Positions 28,413 to 40,340 of a stretch of DNA of 61,875 nt are shown here, piece after piece. The notes beneath the pieces are model-generated. The model was not told the origin of the DNA and did no database searches. It saw only the letters and a list, made by a program, of their open reading frames with translations. The stretch's first letter is position 1; every line of letters starts with the position of its first letter. A program made the position numbers and the translations under genes. This stretch comes from Paraglomus brasilianum (taxonomy: Eukaryota): the NCBI GenBank assembly GCA_910592345.1, contig CAJVPI010000068.1, positions 1 through 61,875 on the forward strand. Direction: 5' to 3'.

Positions 28413-29683
28413 TTACTTAGATCCCTTTCCCTTCTTAATCAGCCATTGAAGAGTTATGTCAATGTTCACCTGGTTCTTGGCTGAAATAGAATAGCAAGAA
28501 ACCTCTCTGTTGTTGATTGATTTCAGATTCCTACATTGAATAAGATATCTCATTTCAGTATGCAATACGGGGTTACCTAATATGGAAATAAGATAGATAC
28601 ATATATCCATTAATATTCGACTCACATCTGTTCGATAATCTCTTCGACAGACAGCGCCTCGGGTAAATCGTTCTTATTTCCTAGTACTAATACTGGAATA
28701 TTAGATAATTGGGGCTTATCTAACAAACTCTTGAGTTCATTCTTTGCAGCTTCTAATTTCTCCAGATCGGCTGAATCAAGAACAAATCTTAATCGAAGGT
28801 AGAAATTGTCAACATATATTTAAAGACACCCCAATTCCTGACCAAATTAGAAAGACTTGATACTTACACAATAGCATTCACACCACGACAGTATCTTTCC
28901 CACATATTTCTGAATCGTGGTTGCCCGCCAATATCCCATAGTTTCATTGTCACATTGCCTTTTGTGACTTTACGCATATTGAATCCCACTGTAGGGATCA
29001 TGTCTTCAGTAAATTGACCCGACTATAAAATATCAGAGGAAGGCATAATTAAGTGAATAGGCTTGTTGTGCGATTACTGTGGTAGATACAGGACCACATG
29101 AATATATGGTTAAAACGCGATCGGGGCAATTAGCTGAATAGCAAACTGTAATCTCTGACATGTGTACGTTATGGAAAGGCAAGCCAACCCTAGCACGACC
29201 TCAATCGTGAACAAGGGGCGCGTCATTAACCGTCCACTCTAATTAAAACAACAGATTAAATTGAGTATAATTTTCATACAAGTTTTTAGTCGAATTATAG
29301 GATAAGTAATGTCATGACCACTTACCGACGGGTACTCATCGCTGTACATGCGAGCATTCTTCCTTCTTCATACCAACCGCACATTTATTCCCACCAACTT
29401 TTCACACTCTTCTCTGCCCAATACTTACTGCGATAACATTAACCAAGGTTGTCTTCCCACTATTCTGCAGTCCAACCAACGTAAGCTCAAGCTCGGTCTA
29501 CCAAATAGATACCTTCACGTCAACATCCAGCGTTTGCATTAGCCCCCCCCAAATATCATACTTCTGAAGAGCATGTCGTTTTTACATACTATCTATGATG
29601 TGAAACATATTACTTGACTAATTCCAAACCTTGAAAAACAGGCTTCGAAGCCAATCGAGTAAGGCTCTAACAACACTAGCCAT
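28413..29683 (-). CDS. ARL8: Arf-like small GTPase Arl8, 5 exons
   Basis: Spliced [93 protein letters not shown]...LGNKNDL...[23 protein letters not shown]. Confidence 0.97.
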
Positions 29684-30071
29684 AATGAATGTCGATGGTC
29701 GTTTCGTATCAAACACAAGGGATAAACGAAGGGGAAGTTTTTCTAGCGAAAGAAAGATAGATAAAAGGGCTGAGGGTGTGATCTGAGCGTTGTGGAACAG
29801 GGGTAATGTAGTGACGACACGATTTTTAAAGTGACATTTCCGGTTGACATTCCCAAGAGTTTTTGCGTCAACAGAATTGCGGACGATAGAGAGACATATC
29901 TATTTATGAATTCATTCACCTAAGGCCTTGTTTACTTGATTTGCCTTCTATATCACTCTTTCGCTCTTTATTATTTTTTTCTCCAACCCTGATTCTGTCA
30001 CTTTCGACTCCTTTTCCTATTCTTTCTCTTGATTTCATCGTCCCACCAAGAAATTAATATTTCCTGGAAGC

Positions 30072-31632
30072 ATGAAAGACAACTTGGACTCTACAGGCAT
30101 GGAGGGCCTGACAAAAGTCAAACCGCCGGGACGAATAGGAGTCGTTATTCAATACCTAGTTGGATATTTTCAGGAAGAGATGCTGTATGTGTTGGTACGT
30201 TGTTACATTCATTGATCCAGTTTGATTCTTATCGACGTAGTAGATGGTTTATTCGATTTCATTACTTGCAGACATATCTAAGTATGGTATTTGGTTTCTT
30301 GTATTTGTTGGGGAAAGTCATGTTAAAAGTGTTCTTTGGTGAATTGCGAGTGATAGAAACGCAGGTATTTATTCCGTTCAATATCTCTTTACCCTATGCT
30401 GCAATCAACATCACCATTATGCCCGTTTATCTTCTTCAGCCCTGATAAATCGACATAAAGACAAAGATCTCCATTCGGATTAGTCTTACCTTTCTATTGC
30501 GTTCTTCAGCGCATGTACGATAGACTCCTCAATTTTCTTTTATTTAAAGTGGTATTTATCGGCGCAATATTGGATCCAAGATGGGAAGACCTATTAATAT
30601 GGACCACTTGGTTTACCATTCTTGGGTTTTTAAGGATATTTAGCATGCTTTGTCGTGATAGATTTGAATTTGTAAGTAAAGTTGGTTTGAAAACCGATTG
30701 ATATATATGAATACTAACTTCATCAGTTTAATGTAGATGTCAACGACCAATGCACCATTTCAAGAACACGGACGAATCATTATTTTGCTGGTTCTTATTT
30801 TCATTGCAGACATATTCTGGTTCATATTGTGTGTAATTGTGTTTAAATCGATGTTGTTACTATTGACATTTGAGGTAAGGGAAGCTCGAGATAAGCATTT
30901 CAGTGACAATAACCTATATGCTGAATATGATCTCTTGATTACAGTGTGTAACACTTTTCTTGGACACAGTACAGACTTTGGTTAAATACATTATACACTT
31001 GAGAGATCTTTCTCGACCTGGTGTTTGGGAGTCAAGAGCATTACTGTTCTATTATACTGAATTTGTGACGGACACTTTGATACTGGTGGCTACTCTAGGA
31101 CATTACATGCATATTATGGTATGTTCTTGTAGCACATACATTGTATACACTTTACTGTATTTTGTTAGAGCGAGCGATTATTTTGTAAACAATTGATATT
31201 CTTTCGTATAACGCAGATTCTCCATGGTATTTCTTTCACACTAATTGATGCCGTGTTATTCCTAAATATGCGGAGTGTGTTCAACAATCTAAGGAAAAAA
31301 ATAGCAGCTTATCGCAGCTATAGGCAAGCAATAACAAACATGCAAGCACAGTAAGTAAACAGACGTTGATTCGGAAATGCAATTACAAGTCAATGGAATT
31401 CAATTATATTCTTGAATCCAACAGGTATCCAAGTGCATCAGAACAAGAATTAGATGAATATAATGATGACTGTGCTATATGTAGGGACAATATGACACAA
31501 GCAAGAAAGCTACCATGTAGACACATGTTTCATTTGTCATGCCTCCGTTCATGGTTAGAGCACCATGAATCTTGTCCGACTTGTCGAAGACCACTTGTCA
31601 GAACCAATTCTTCTCTCCAAAATAGGTCGTGA
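30072..31632 (+). CDS. Hrd1/AMFR(gp78)-like ER membrane RING-H2 E3 ubiquitin ligase, multi-exon
   Basis: FFGELRVIETQ, YDRLLNFLLFKVVFIG, IWTTWFTILGFLRIFSMLCRDRFEF, WESRALLFYYTEF, C-terminal CAICRDNMTQARKLPCRHMFHLSCLRSWLEHHESCPTCR; start codon inferred. Confidence 0.9.
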
Positions 31633-31933
31633 TGAGAAGGTGCTATTGGCAAATCTGTTTGTTACAAAAGTGATGGACATCAGAATATCTTGTAAATAAG
31701 AATGGAGCTCTATAAAACTTCATTCTGTTTATCGTTGGCCATCCATAGTCTCGCACTCTGGAGCTTATCGACTTGTTCCACTTTTAATTATAGTATACTT
31801 CTATTGATCATTTCTTTTAAACATAGACACAACATCTCCCTTTTTATCTCATGTAATATATTCCCTGTGTAGATACAGAAGAACGAAATAAACAAATTCG
31901 CTTCATTCTACGAGTTGTTTCTACTCCCTCTCT

Positions 31934-33606
31934 TTAATATTTACAATAGCCGTAAGCCCTGGGAAATGCAGTAACATCTCTGATATTTTCCACCCCAGTC
32001 AGATACTGCAAAAATCTGTCAAACCCAACACCAAAACCACAATGAGGTACAGTACCGTACTTCCTTAAATCTAAATACCATGAATATTCCTCAGCAGACA
32101 GTCCAGCCTCTTTTATCTGCTTCTCCAATACCTCGTACCTTTCTTCCCTCAAACTGCCTCCAATGAGTTCACCGCCATGTGGAACAATCAGATCAACACA
32201 GGAGACTATGCTATCGTCGTCATCTCTCGCCCGCATGTAGAACGGCTTGAGATGTCGAGGGTAATCTGTAATGAATACGGGACGACGACAGTAAACGTTT
32301 GCAAGATATTTTTCGTGTTCCGATTGTATGGCGGAGCCCCATTTTGTTGGAAAGGTAAATGTTTGCCCAGAAGAGTTAAGAGCATCCAGTGCATCCTTGT
32401 ACGTCATCCTGACGAAAGGAGAGTTTACAGTCATTGATAAGCGGGACGTTAGAGTTGGGTTAAGATATTTGGCAAAATGGTGGATCTCAGCTGGACAAGT
32501 TTCTATTACGCGGTTTATAATAGATTGTAGAAGGTTCTCCACAAATGTAAGCATTTCATCTAAAGAATCTATAAATGCCATTTCGGCTTCAAGCATCCAG
32601 AATTCGGCTAGATGCCTAGAGGTCTGAGATCGTTCTGCTCGAAACGTAGGTCCAAAAGTATATACTTTTGATGCCGAACTAGATAATATTTCTAAATGTA
32701 ACTGACTGGAAACTGTGAGATAAACTGATTTGTCGAAGAATTCACTATCAGTCTCAGTCTCGGTCTCTTTATCTTTATCATTGTCGTTACCATTACCGTC
32801 CTTTTCGGTTGATACTTTAAATGCCTGTCCCCCCCCTTCACAGTCGGATGTAGTTATGATGGGGGTTTGAACATTGAGAAAATCGCGTTCCTATTAAATT
32901 GTGGTTTGAGCCTTTGATTGAGTTGTAGAGTAAGCGGTATTCGAATGAAATATGCACTCAATAGAGATGCGGTTCACCTGGAAAAAATTATGAAAGGCCA
33001 TTACAGTTGCATTACGCGTGCGTAATAATGCGCTGCCAGTGTTTCCTCGAGATCTAAAGTGGGATATCTCTCTAAGGAATTCTGGCGTGTGATGTTTCTT
33101 TTGCAACGGGTATGTCTGTGTATAAATAGTCATGAGTATGTGGTCAAAATCTGCAGATATCTTCTAACGAGATTAGCATACAGCGGCGTCACATTGTCCA
33201 TAAATCTTCATATCTTCTACTTGTAATTCTTTCGTTTGCTCTGTGCCTTTACTTTCAACGAGTTTGCCACGAAACTGTACGCTTGTCCCAGTCGTCAATC
33301 TTCAAATAGAAAATGATTGTTAAAATATTAACGCGGATTTAATTGCAAATAAACCATTCCTACAAACTTTTTGGCATGATGTTCTGAGAGAACTGCTTGC
33401 AATCCTTTCAGGTTTGAGCCATCAGCAATATTAGCAAAACAAATCTTCTTTTGCATTCGAATTGATCTTATCCATCCATTGACGCATACTCCAGTGTCTA
33501 TTGGGGTTGTTTCGATGATGTTCTTTATAGTCTTTGTCGACAAAGAACGGCTTAATAATTTACAGGTTCTGGCTGGTAATATTTTATTTTGGCTATAAAA
33601 CATCAT
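31934..33606 (-). CDS. NARS2: Mitochondrial asparaginyl-tRNA synthetase (NARS2/SLM5), multi-exon
   Basis: Presequence-like N-terminus; VNGWIRSIR...[13 protein letters not shown] fold; [79 protein letters not shown]. Confidence 0.95.
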
Positions 33607-33727
33607 CTTACGTGATGGCTTTCGCAAATCAAACTAGCATTTACCCTCCAAAAAAACTTTTTGTGGAAACGGGGGGCTGCATTGTCAAGCCACAACAACA
33701 ATCCACAAATATATCTAGATTCTGTTT

Positions 33728-35783
33728 TTACTCATTAATTTCCAAGATGCTAACTGGAATTTCGAAATTTTTACATGTCCACATCGTTTGTTTATTTGGT
33801 AGGGTTCGTTTACTAATGTATCTAAGTTGGGCAACTACTATTTCTCCGGAGAGAATCAAGGCTCCATCAATCATTTTCATCTCGATCCACAATTTCGGTA
33901 CTTGTACATCTCGGACGTTGGCGAGATTTTATCGAACGGTTTTTCGTGTTGTCTTTCTTGTTTTTCGATTCATCATATTCGACACCTCAAAAAGAGGAAT
34001 GATAATGGCATCAAATTCGCGAGTAAAAAATGCGCCACTCTTTATAAACTTCAGCTTGATTTTTCGTCGCATCTGAAAGATTGTCTTATCAAGTCGCAAG
34101 GCCTTTTTCTTCTTACATTTTGAACTAGAGGCAGCCAGCTTGTTCTTCATAGAAAGAAGATTATCCATATGCTTGCATAGACGATGATTCGTCCAATGTC
34201 GTATTGGCATGTGAAGGGTGTATGAACGCCAGGGTCAATGGAAACCGCATGAAACAGAACTATCGCTTGGGTTTCGCGGAGTTGTTTTTGCGTCTCGTAA
34301 CCCATGAAAATTTCCCATTCATTAGTTGTGCGAATATACATGTAAGTGATCTTGCAACCTGTCTTTTTTTTCGAATGAAGAGGCCACAAATCGCACACGA
34401 ATTATTATCGTGTCGTAAATCTTTTCGAGATCGAAATGACAAAGACGAACTTTATATTTTGGTTAATTATCTTGTCCCTAAAATTAGTTAAATAAAAACA
34501 AAAGTTTGCAGGCTTGCCTTGCCATGTGTACCTTAATATTAAGGCAGCATTCCAATACGCACAACAGTTCGCACGAGTTCACCCCACCCTACACCCCACC
34601 CCATACGCATGATTTTCGAACCTCTTGTCCTCACGCTCATTAACGCCTTTTTCTACACAAATATCCGTGTAAAGCTTAAGCTTATCTTTAATATTAATAG
34701 GTTGAGACGTCGATAATACAGTCCCCGGCGAAAATAATGGCGGTGACAATCGTCTTTACAAAAATCAGTTATCGGCTATTATAGTACAGTAATATGTAAA
34801 TGTATTATTACTTTTCTTATTTACTTAATAATATTAATATGTCAGACATGATTAAAAATACCCTTGTCTTTATTATTATATTAATATTTGCATTTTAATA
34901 ATCTCAGTGAGATTTGGATTGACTATAAACTTATAATAACAGTCTCAAATTTACTATAATAATAATATATAAATGTTCGCGTATTTAGACTTGTTAATAT
35001 TAATTAAAATTTGGAAGATTACAAATCAAAAAATATAAAATTTGCCTAATATAATCTAATCTGTTAATGTAAAAAAGCTTTTACATTTGCTTTTTGTCAA
35101 CTTACTCAAAATTTTATTCATAATATTAGGGTTTAATTAATATAGATCTAAAAGGAAGCCACTCCACAAACGACTGCACCTCGTCGTCGATACGTTCATC
35201 CAAGCTCTTCTGCAATCCTTGATGAGCCGGGACATAGAGAATGAGATGACGAAGAACTCGATGACTGAAGGGAAGGCGCAATTGGAGATGATGAATGACC
35301 TCATATCATTGATCTCTGCTTCGTTTATTGCTTGTTGTATCAGAATATTATTATTATTGGTTGGATTCATCGAAGAAATGATAACGATAGAACAAGTATT
35401 GGAACCCTTATTTTATCCAAACCCGTCGCGATGGACCAATATGCGAATCTTTGGTGTAGAAACGGCGGTATCGACTCCAGCGGACAACTGCATTATAATA
35501 ATAATAAGCATATCTCGGCCCCAACCACCGTTTCAATAACTGCTTTTGAAGGTGATTTGGATATACTTTGATTAGCAGCGCACGATGAAGTGTTGTCATT
35601 TGTTGCGTGCTGCTGTTGTCCTGATCTTACGCTTTTTTCCTTGTTTGGGGTTCTCGTCGGGTGACTCTTCTTCCTTGCTTGATTGCAAGGAAAGTTCGTG
35701 CTCGTCGGAGGTCGCTTCGTTGACGAAAACCATGAGTTTTGTAGTATGGGGGAGTGGGGTGAGGTTACGGCAGAGTCGGTCAC
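33728..35783 (-). pseudogene. Fanzor2/TnpB-like RuvC nuclease pseudogene (frameshifts, internal deletions, AT-rich insertion)
   Basis: OrfB-type N-terminal motif at 35599-35490; RuvC-I IDPG at 34239-34228; bridge-helix-like ALRLDKTIFQMRRKIK; IIIPLFE motif; RuvC-III DRDEN at 33887-33873. Confidence 0.82.
34717..34738 (+). mobile_element. Tc1/mariner-like TIR at the start of an AT-rich insert inside the IS607 relic
   Basis: TA|CAGTCCCCGGCGAAAATAAT followed by ~400 bp of very AT-rich DNA; no partner TIR found. Confidence 0.4.
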
Positions 35784-36130
35784 AATGGAATTTTGCGTTC
35801 TTTATTTGTTTCTTTATTTGTAGAGTCGGTCACAATGGATAACCACAATTTCTGAGACCATGGTGCGACTTTTCCGTTCCAATAAGGTCTTTAAGTTCGT
35901 AGGAGGAGCTGACGAGTTGTTCGTAGGGGGAGCTGACGAGTTGTTCGTAAGGGGAGCTGACGAGTTGTTCGTAGGGGGAGCTGACGCGTTGTTCGTAGGT
36001 TGGGGAGCTAAGGACATCCTTTTGCTTGAACCCTTTTTTGGTGGTGGTGGCGGTGACGGCGGCGGTGGTGTTAGCATCGAGGAGAGAGTTTATGTGTTTA
36101 CGATTTTGAATGATTTTGATTTTCAAATTG
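35690..36130 (-). pseudogene. IS607-type TnpA serine recombinase pseudogene
   Basis: KIKII...HINSLLD, KKGF..KQKD, RVSS, LKTLLER..VSEIVVIHCDRLCR (DRL motif), LMVFVNEATSDEHELS; overlaps the nuclease N-terminal extension (QNSWFS) in another frame. Confidence 0.7.
35895..36009. repeat. 24-bp tandem repeat, ~4.7 copies
   Basis: Unit gttcgtagggggagctgacgagtt. Confidence 0.95.
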
Positions 36131-37135
36131 CAATGGATATTTGGGGGATAATGTCTTTAAATATGTTTATGGTCGGTAATACCAAGGCAAATCCGTCCGA
36201 GTGAGGAATGATTGGCTCCAAAGATACAGTGCGCGAAAATACGCGTCTAATCAAAACAGTCAACTAATACGTTTTGTGATATGTATGTAACACCGACAAG
36301 AAAACTCAGTCACATAACTTTGCTACTTGGGTCATTGTTTTATTTGTTTACACTTTTGGTTTTGTTATTAAAAATACAACGACAGGGTTTTGTGATTGAC
36401 TGACGTCGCAAAATTATAACCACTCTGTTGGCAAAAGACGCCTACACTTTACATAAATCAACTTTTATTTTGCCTTCTTCTAAGTGTACGATATTAAGAA
36501 GCTTAAAATAAAAGTTTTTGGAAAGAGCTTCAATTTCTCGTTGCACAATTAAATAAGTAACAAAGCCGGGCCGATGTCAAAACCAGAATAAGAGCAATGG
36601 TCATCATTGAATGATATTAGATTTTATTAAATGTTAAACGTCAAGAGCCCACATACGTGAAGTCAAGTCATCCAATTTTCACGAAAATTATCTAGTAATC
36701 ATAAGTGTCGCTGACCCGTAATATTTGAGCGCGGAGGAATACGTCATCGTTTACGCTTGATTGCAATTGGTAACTTGCCTTGTATTTATTATTATATTGT
36801 GTCACTCTTAATTCTAACCACGAGGCGGCAATCGTTTCGCTTTCTTTCTCTCTCTCTTCTTGTAGCTTGGTTTCTAATAGCTTTGGTTGATTTCGAAGAC
36901 TTCTCTCATTTGGATTGACGTATTACCGAAAACTGATAAGGGTTTGTTTGTTATTATTATTATTGTCTAATCAAGTAGCTTAATTTGTGAAACGTTGATA
37001 CGACATACCCCAATTTAGCACTCTGTAATAATAACTTTATTCAGTATATACCATTACGTGTCGATACTAATACACATATTATTGGTCAACCCAGTTTCGT
37101 CTTCTTCAAAATTTTTCTGCTGCTAGCTACTGGAA

Positions 37136-39591
37136 ATGCTAGATTTGCCGACGGCTCAATCAGACGGAGAAGCATCAAGACGACGCGAATCACACGACGA
37201 TCAGGGACCAACCAACATGTTTGACCCTTCGGAGGGATACAGCGAACTGAAACGAAGAGAATTTAACGATGAGCAAGACAAGAAAGAATTGGGTTTTGAT
37301 GACTGGTCGAACAGCCCTACAACAGTTGCCGACAGTTACCCTGGGCTGAGCATGCAGGATAAGAAAAATTTTGCGCTGCTTGTTACGTTATGTAAGTAAA
37401 TATGAAAGAGATCACAAAAAAATCAATGTTCGAGTCGGTTTCCTTTGTTATAACGTATTCGGTTTGTGTCCATTCAACAGATCTTCTCCAAGGAATTCCT
37501 GTGGGCTTAGCATCCGGATCGATCCCTTTCCTCCTCAAATCCAAGCTTTCTTACGGTCAAATAGGAATATTTTCACTGGCTTCCTATCCCTATTCCTTGA
37601 AACTTTTATGGTCGCCTATTGTAGATGCGACATATTCTAAAAAAATTGGAAGAAGAAAGAGTTGGATCATTCCTATTCAGATAATGATGGGAAGTTTGCT
37701 CTTCTGGCTTGGATTGCACATTGATGAAATGTTTACGAATGTGAGTTATAGTAATGATTGAAGCATACTTGTTTAGGTTGGAGTGAACGATTGTGTGACT
37801 GAATGTAAGAAAATTTACTAGAAACCGGACATTCCTACTTTGACATTCTTGTTCTTTACCTTGATTTTTCTTTCCGCTACACAAGGTAAATCAACTGAAT
37901 GTTTGTGTTCTAATATTAAATAACTCAAACAATACAAATACTAACTCGTAACTTTATTCAATTTTTAGACGTCGCAGTAGACGGTGAGTTCTTCTGGCCT
38001 GATCCGCATATCTATTGGAAATGGTAGTATCTCAACTTTCACGTGATATATTTAATCAATAGGTTGGGCTCTCACATTGTTATCGAAGCCAAATCTATCA
38101 TACGCTTCTACCGCGCAAACGGTTGGGTTAAACACAGGATATTTCTTGTCGTTTACCGTGCTTTTGGCATTTCATTCTGCTGAGTTCAGGTAATATGAGT
38201 TAAGTGTGGCGTGGAGAGGAATGCTGCGTAGTAACACCGACTGACTCACATGCATTCTAGCAATAAATATTTCAGAAGTGAACCGAGGGATGAGGGAATA
38301 CTGCAGCTGGGATCATATTTGACATTCTGGGCATTTATGTATTTTGCAGTTACGATATGGCTTATATTTGGCAAAGATGAAGAACACATTCAGCATGACG
38401 ACGATATGATGGACGTCAAATCTGTTTATACAACAATATGGAATATCTGCAAACTACCTCGTAAGAATATAAATACATTATCAGGATAGAGGGTGTTTGA
38501 TATAATGATGAGACCGATTTAATTCTAACAATTTATTGCTATAGATATGAAGAATTTCATTTTGGTCATGCTTTTAGCCAAGATCGGATTTATAGCTAAT
38601 GAAACTGTGACTGGTCTGAAACTCCTTGAGAAAGGATTCAACAGAGAAGACTTGGCCCTTACTGTCTTGATAGATTTTCCTTTTCAGATAATATTCGGTT
38701 ATTATGCAGCCAAATGGAGTAGTGGTCCACAACCTCTTAATCCAGTTGAGTGTATTAATGTTTATTGAGAATACTTTTTACTGATAGATGATACTGACAT
38801 CATTATATATATTGAAGTGGCTAAAGGCATTTTATGGAAGATTGGCGTTTGCTGTTACCGGAATGTTAGTTGTATTGGCATTTCCAAGGGATGGGGTTGT
38901 GTCAACTGGATACTTCCTTCTCGTAATCGCTAGTACTGTGTTCAATTCGTTCATGAGGTGGGCGTTGATTCATTTCTGTATTATATGTAGTAAATACCGT
39001 GCTAACCTTAACCATAATGTGATTGTTTTATTTAGCACTGTGCAATTTGTCAGTATATCTGCATTCTTTACTACAATTGCTGATCCAGTCATTGGAGGAA
39101 CTTACATGACTGTAAGTTACGAAGTTCTTTGAACATATTTGTAATGAAATGCTGATTTAATAATGGCTTTAATTATTGTTAGCTATTGGCTACCTTCAGC
39201 AATTTTGGTGGAACTTGGCCAAGATTTTTCGTGCTGGGTGCGGTTGATTACTTTACAGATGCAACGTGCTCAGTATTGGATGGAAATAGCGCAGTATTGA
39301 ACTGTGTCGGTGAACAGGAAAAAGTATTATGTAAGGATAATGGAGGGACTTGTATTATAGATCGAGACGGATATTATGTTGTATCCGTGATTTGCATAAT
39401 TTTAGGCGCATTGGCGCTGTTTGGTTTTATAAGGCAGGAGGTCAAAACTTTGCAAAGTAAGTTCATTTACATTTGTAGTAATATCACTTTGTTCTTACTA
39501 TACTCATTCATGTTTGTTTGCCGTTCCTCTATTAGGATTGGAAATAAAGAAATGGGGTCTATATAGTCATCGTTCTAGAAGAGGAAGTTAA
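37136..39591 (+). CDS. SLC33A1: Acetyl-CoA transporter 1 (SLC33A1/AT-1, MFS), ~11 exons including a 15-nt microexon at 37969-37983
   Basis: LLQGIPVGLASGSIPFLLK, FSLASYPYSLKLLWSPIVD, GRRKSWIIPIQ, ATQDVAVDGWALTLLS, YASTAQTVGLNTGYF, IADPVIGGTYMTLLATFSNFGGTWP, DGYY. Confidence 0.95.
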
Positions 39592-39959
39592 CGATAGTTT
39601 ACTGCGGTAATAGACATTCATAGAATCTGTTTATAGAGAAAATAAGTTTAGCACTATTATTACTACTTATAATTTTTGTTTTTGGAACAATTAAAAGAGC
39701 ACTTTAAAAACATGTAATATTTTGATATGTCCGCACATCTGTTTGTTTTATACTATTTGATTTATTATACTAGACTTTTTTTACACAGTTTATTTTGAAA
39801 TATTAACTTTCTTATTATTATTCGATATAGTTTCTGAATTTTATTATTATTGAATTGATTGTGTAAAGCTCTTATACAGTATATTAATATCAGAGAGCTT
39901 AATGAAGATGAGCTGAAAGCTTTAGTGGTACTTGAAATAAAAATGATCTTAAGAGCGAA

Positions 39960-40330
39960 TATTAATATGCAATACGTTCAGGAAGACGGAATCATATTGT
40001 GAGATTCGAATTGGTGCAGATTTCCGGACTTGATAATAATATAGGCATTGTTAAGCCAAAAAATATTACTGAATTAGAGGCATTTGTGGGTGAGGTGTGG
40101 AGAATATTCCGGATAGTATTGTCTTGCAAGCGAATTAATTATTAAATTTGATTAATAATATCTATAACGCGTCTGTCGATTGCTTGCAAATTTGTCAATT
40201 GTTTTTCCATGACGTTAGAAAAGCGTGTAATCAAATTTAAAGTTACACAGCTTTCAGATACATTATTCCATAATAATAATTTTAACGTTTTAACATTAAG
40301 AGGTGAATTAGAATGTGAAAACCAGAAATC
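39960..40330. mobile_element. Two tail-to-tail Tc1-like transposase C-terminal relics
   Basis: + strand FPDL...VKPKNITELEAFVGEVW(E)NIPDS; - strand PLNVKTLKLLLWNNVSES...NLQAIDRR; both resemble the end of Tc1 DDE transposases. Confidence 0.45.
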
Positions 40331-40340
40331 ATAAGAAAGA

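Larger units (their letters stand above)
33728..36150 (-). mobile_element. Decayed IS607-family element: TnpA serine recombinase relic plus Fanzor2/TnpB-like nuclease relic (ends not defined)
   Basis: Collinear fragments on one strand: TnpA LKTLLERKSRTMVSEIVVIHCDRLCR and KLMVFVNEATSDEHELS; TnpB RALLIKVYPNHLQKQLLKRWLG..YYYNAVV, SFRSRKDLR, AVSIDPGVHTPFT, FFTREFDAIIIPLFEVSNMMNRKTRK, YKYRNCG, DRDEN. Confidence 0.82.

Noticed and set aside
29100..29240. TPP riboswitch or telomerase RNA template (ccaaccctag) in the ARL8 intron
   Set aside because: TPP core motifs (CUGAGA, GAACCUGAU) are absent, and the template-like match to CUAACCCUAA is imperfect and antisense to the host transcript
33534..34491. 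Plus-strand ORFs of 180, 98 and 95 aa
   Set aside because: They are antisense shadows of the minus-strand nuclease relic and NARS2, with no recognisable motifs
35895..36009. CRISPR-like array next to a Cas12/TnpB-like gene
   Set aside because: Units are contiguous 24-mers with no unique spacers; it is a tandem repeat inside the TnpA relic
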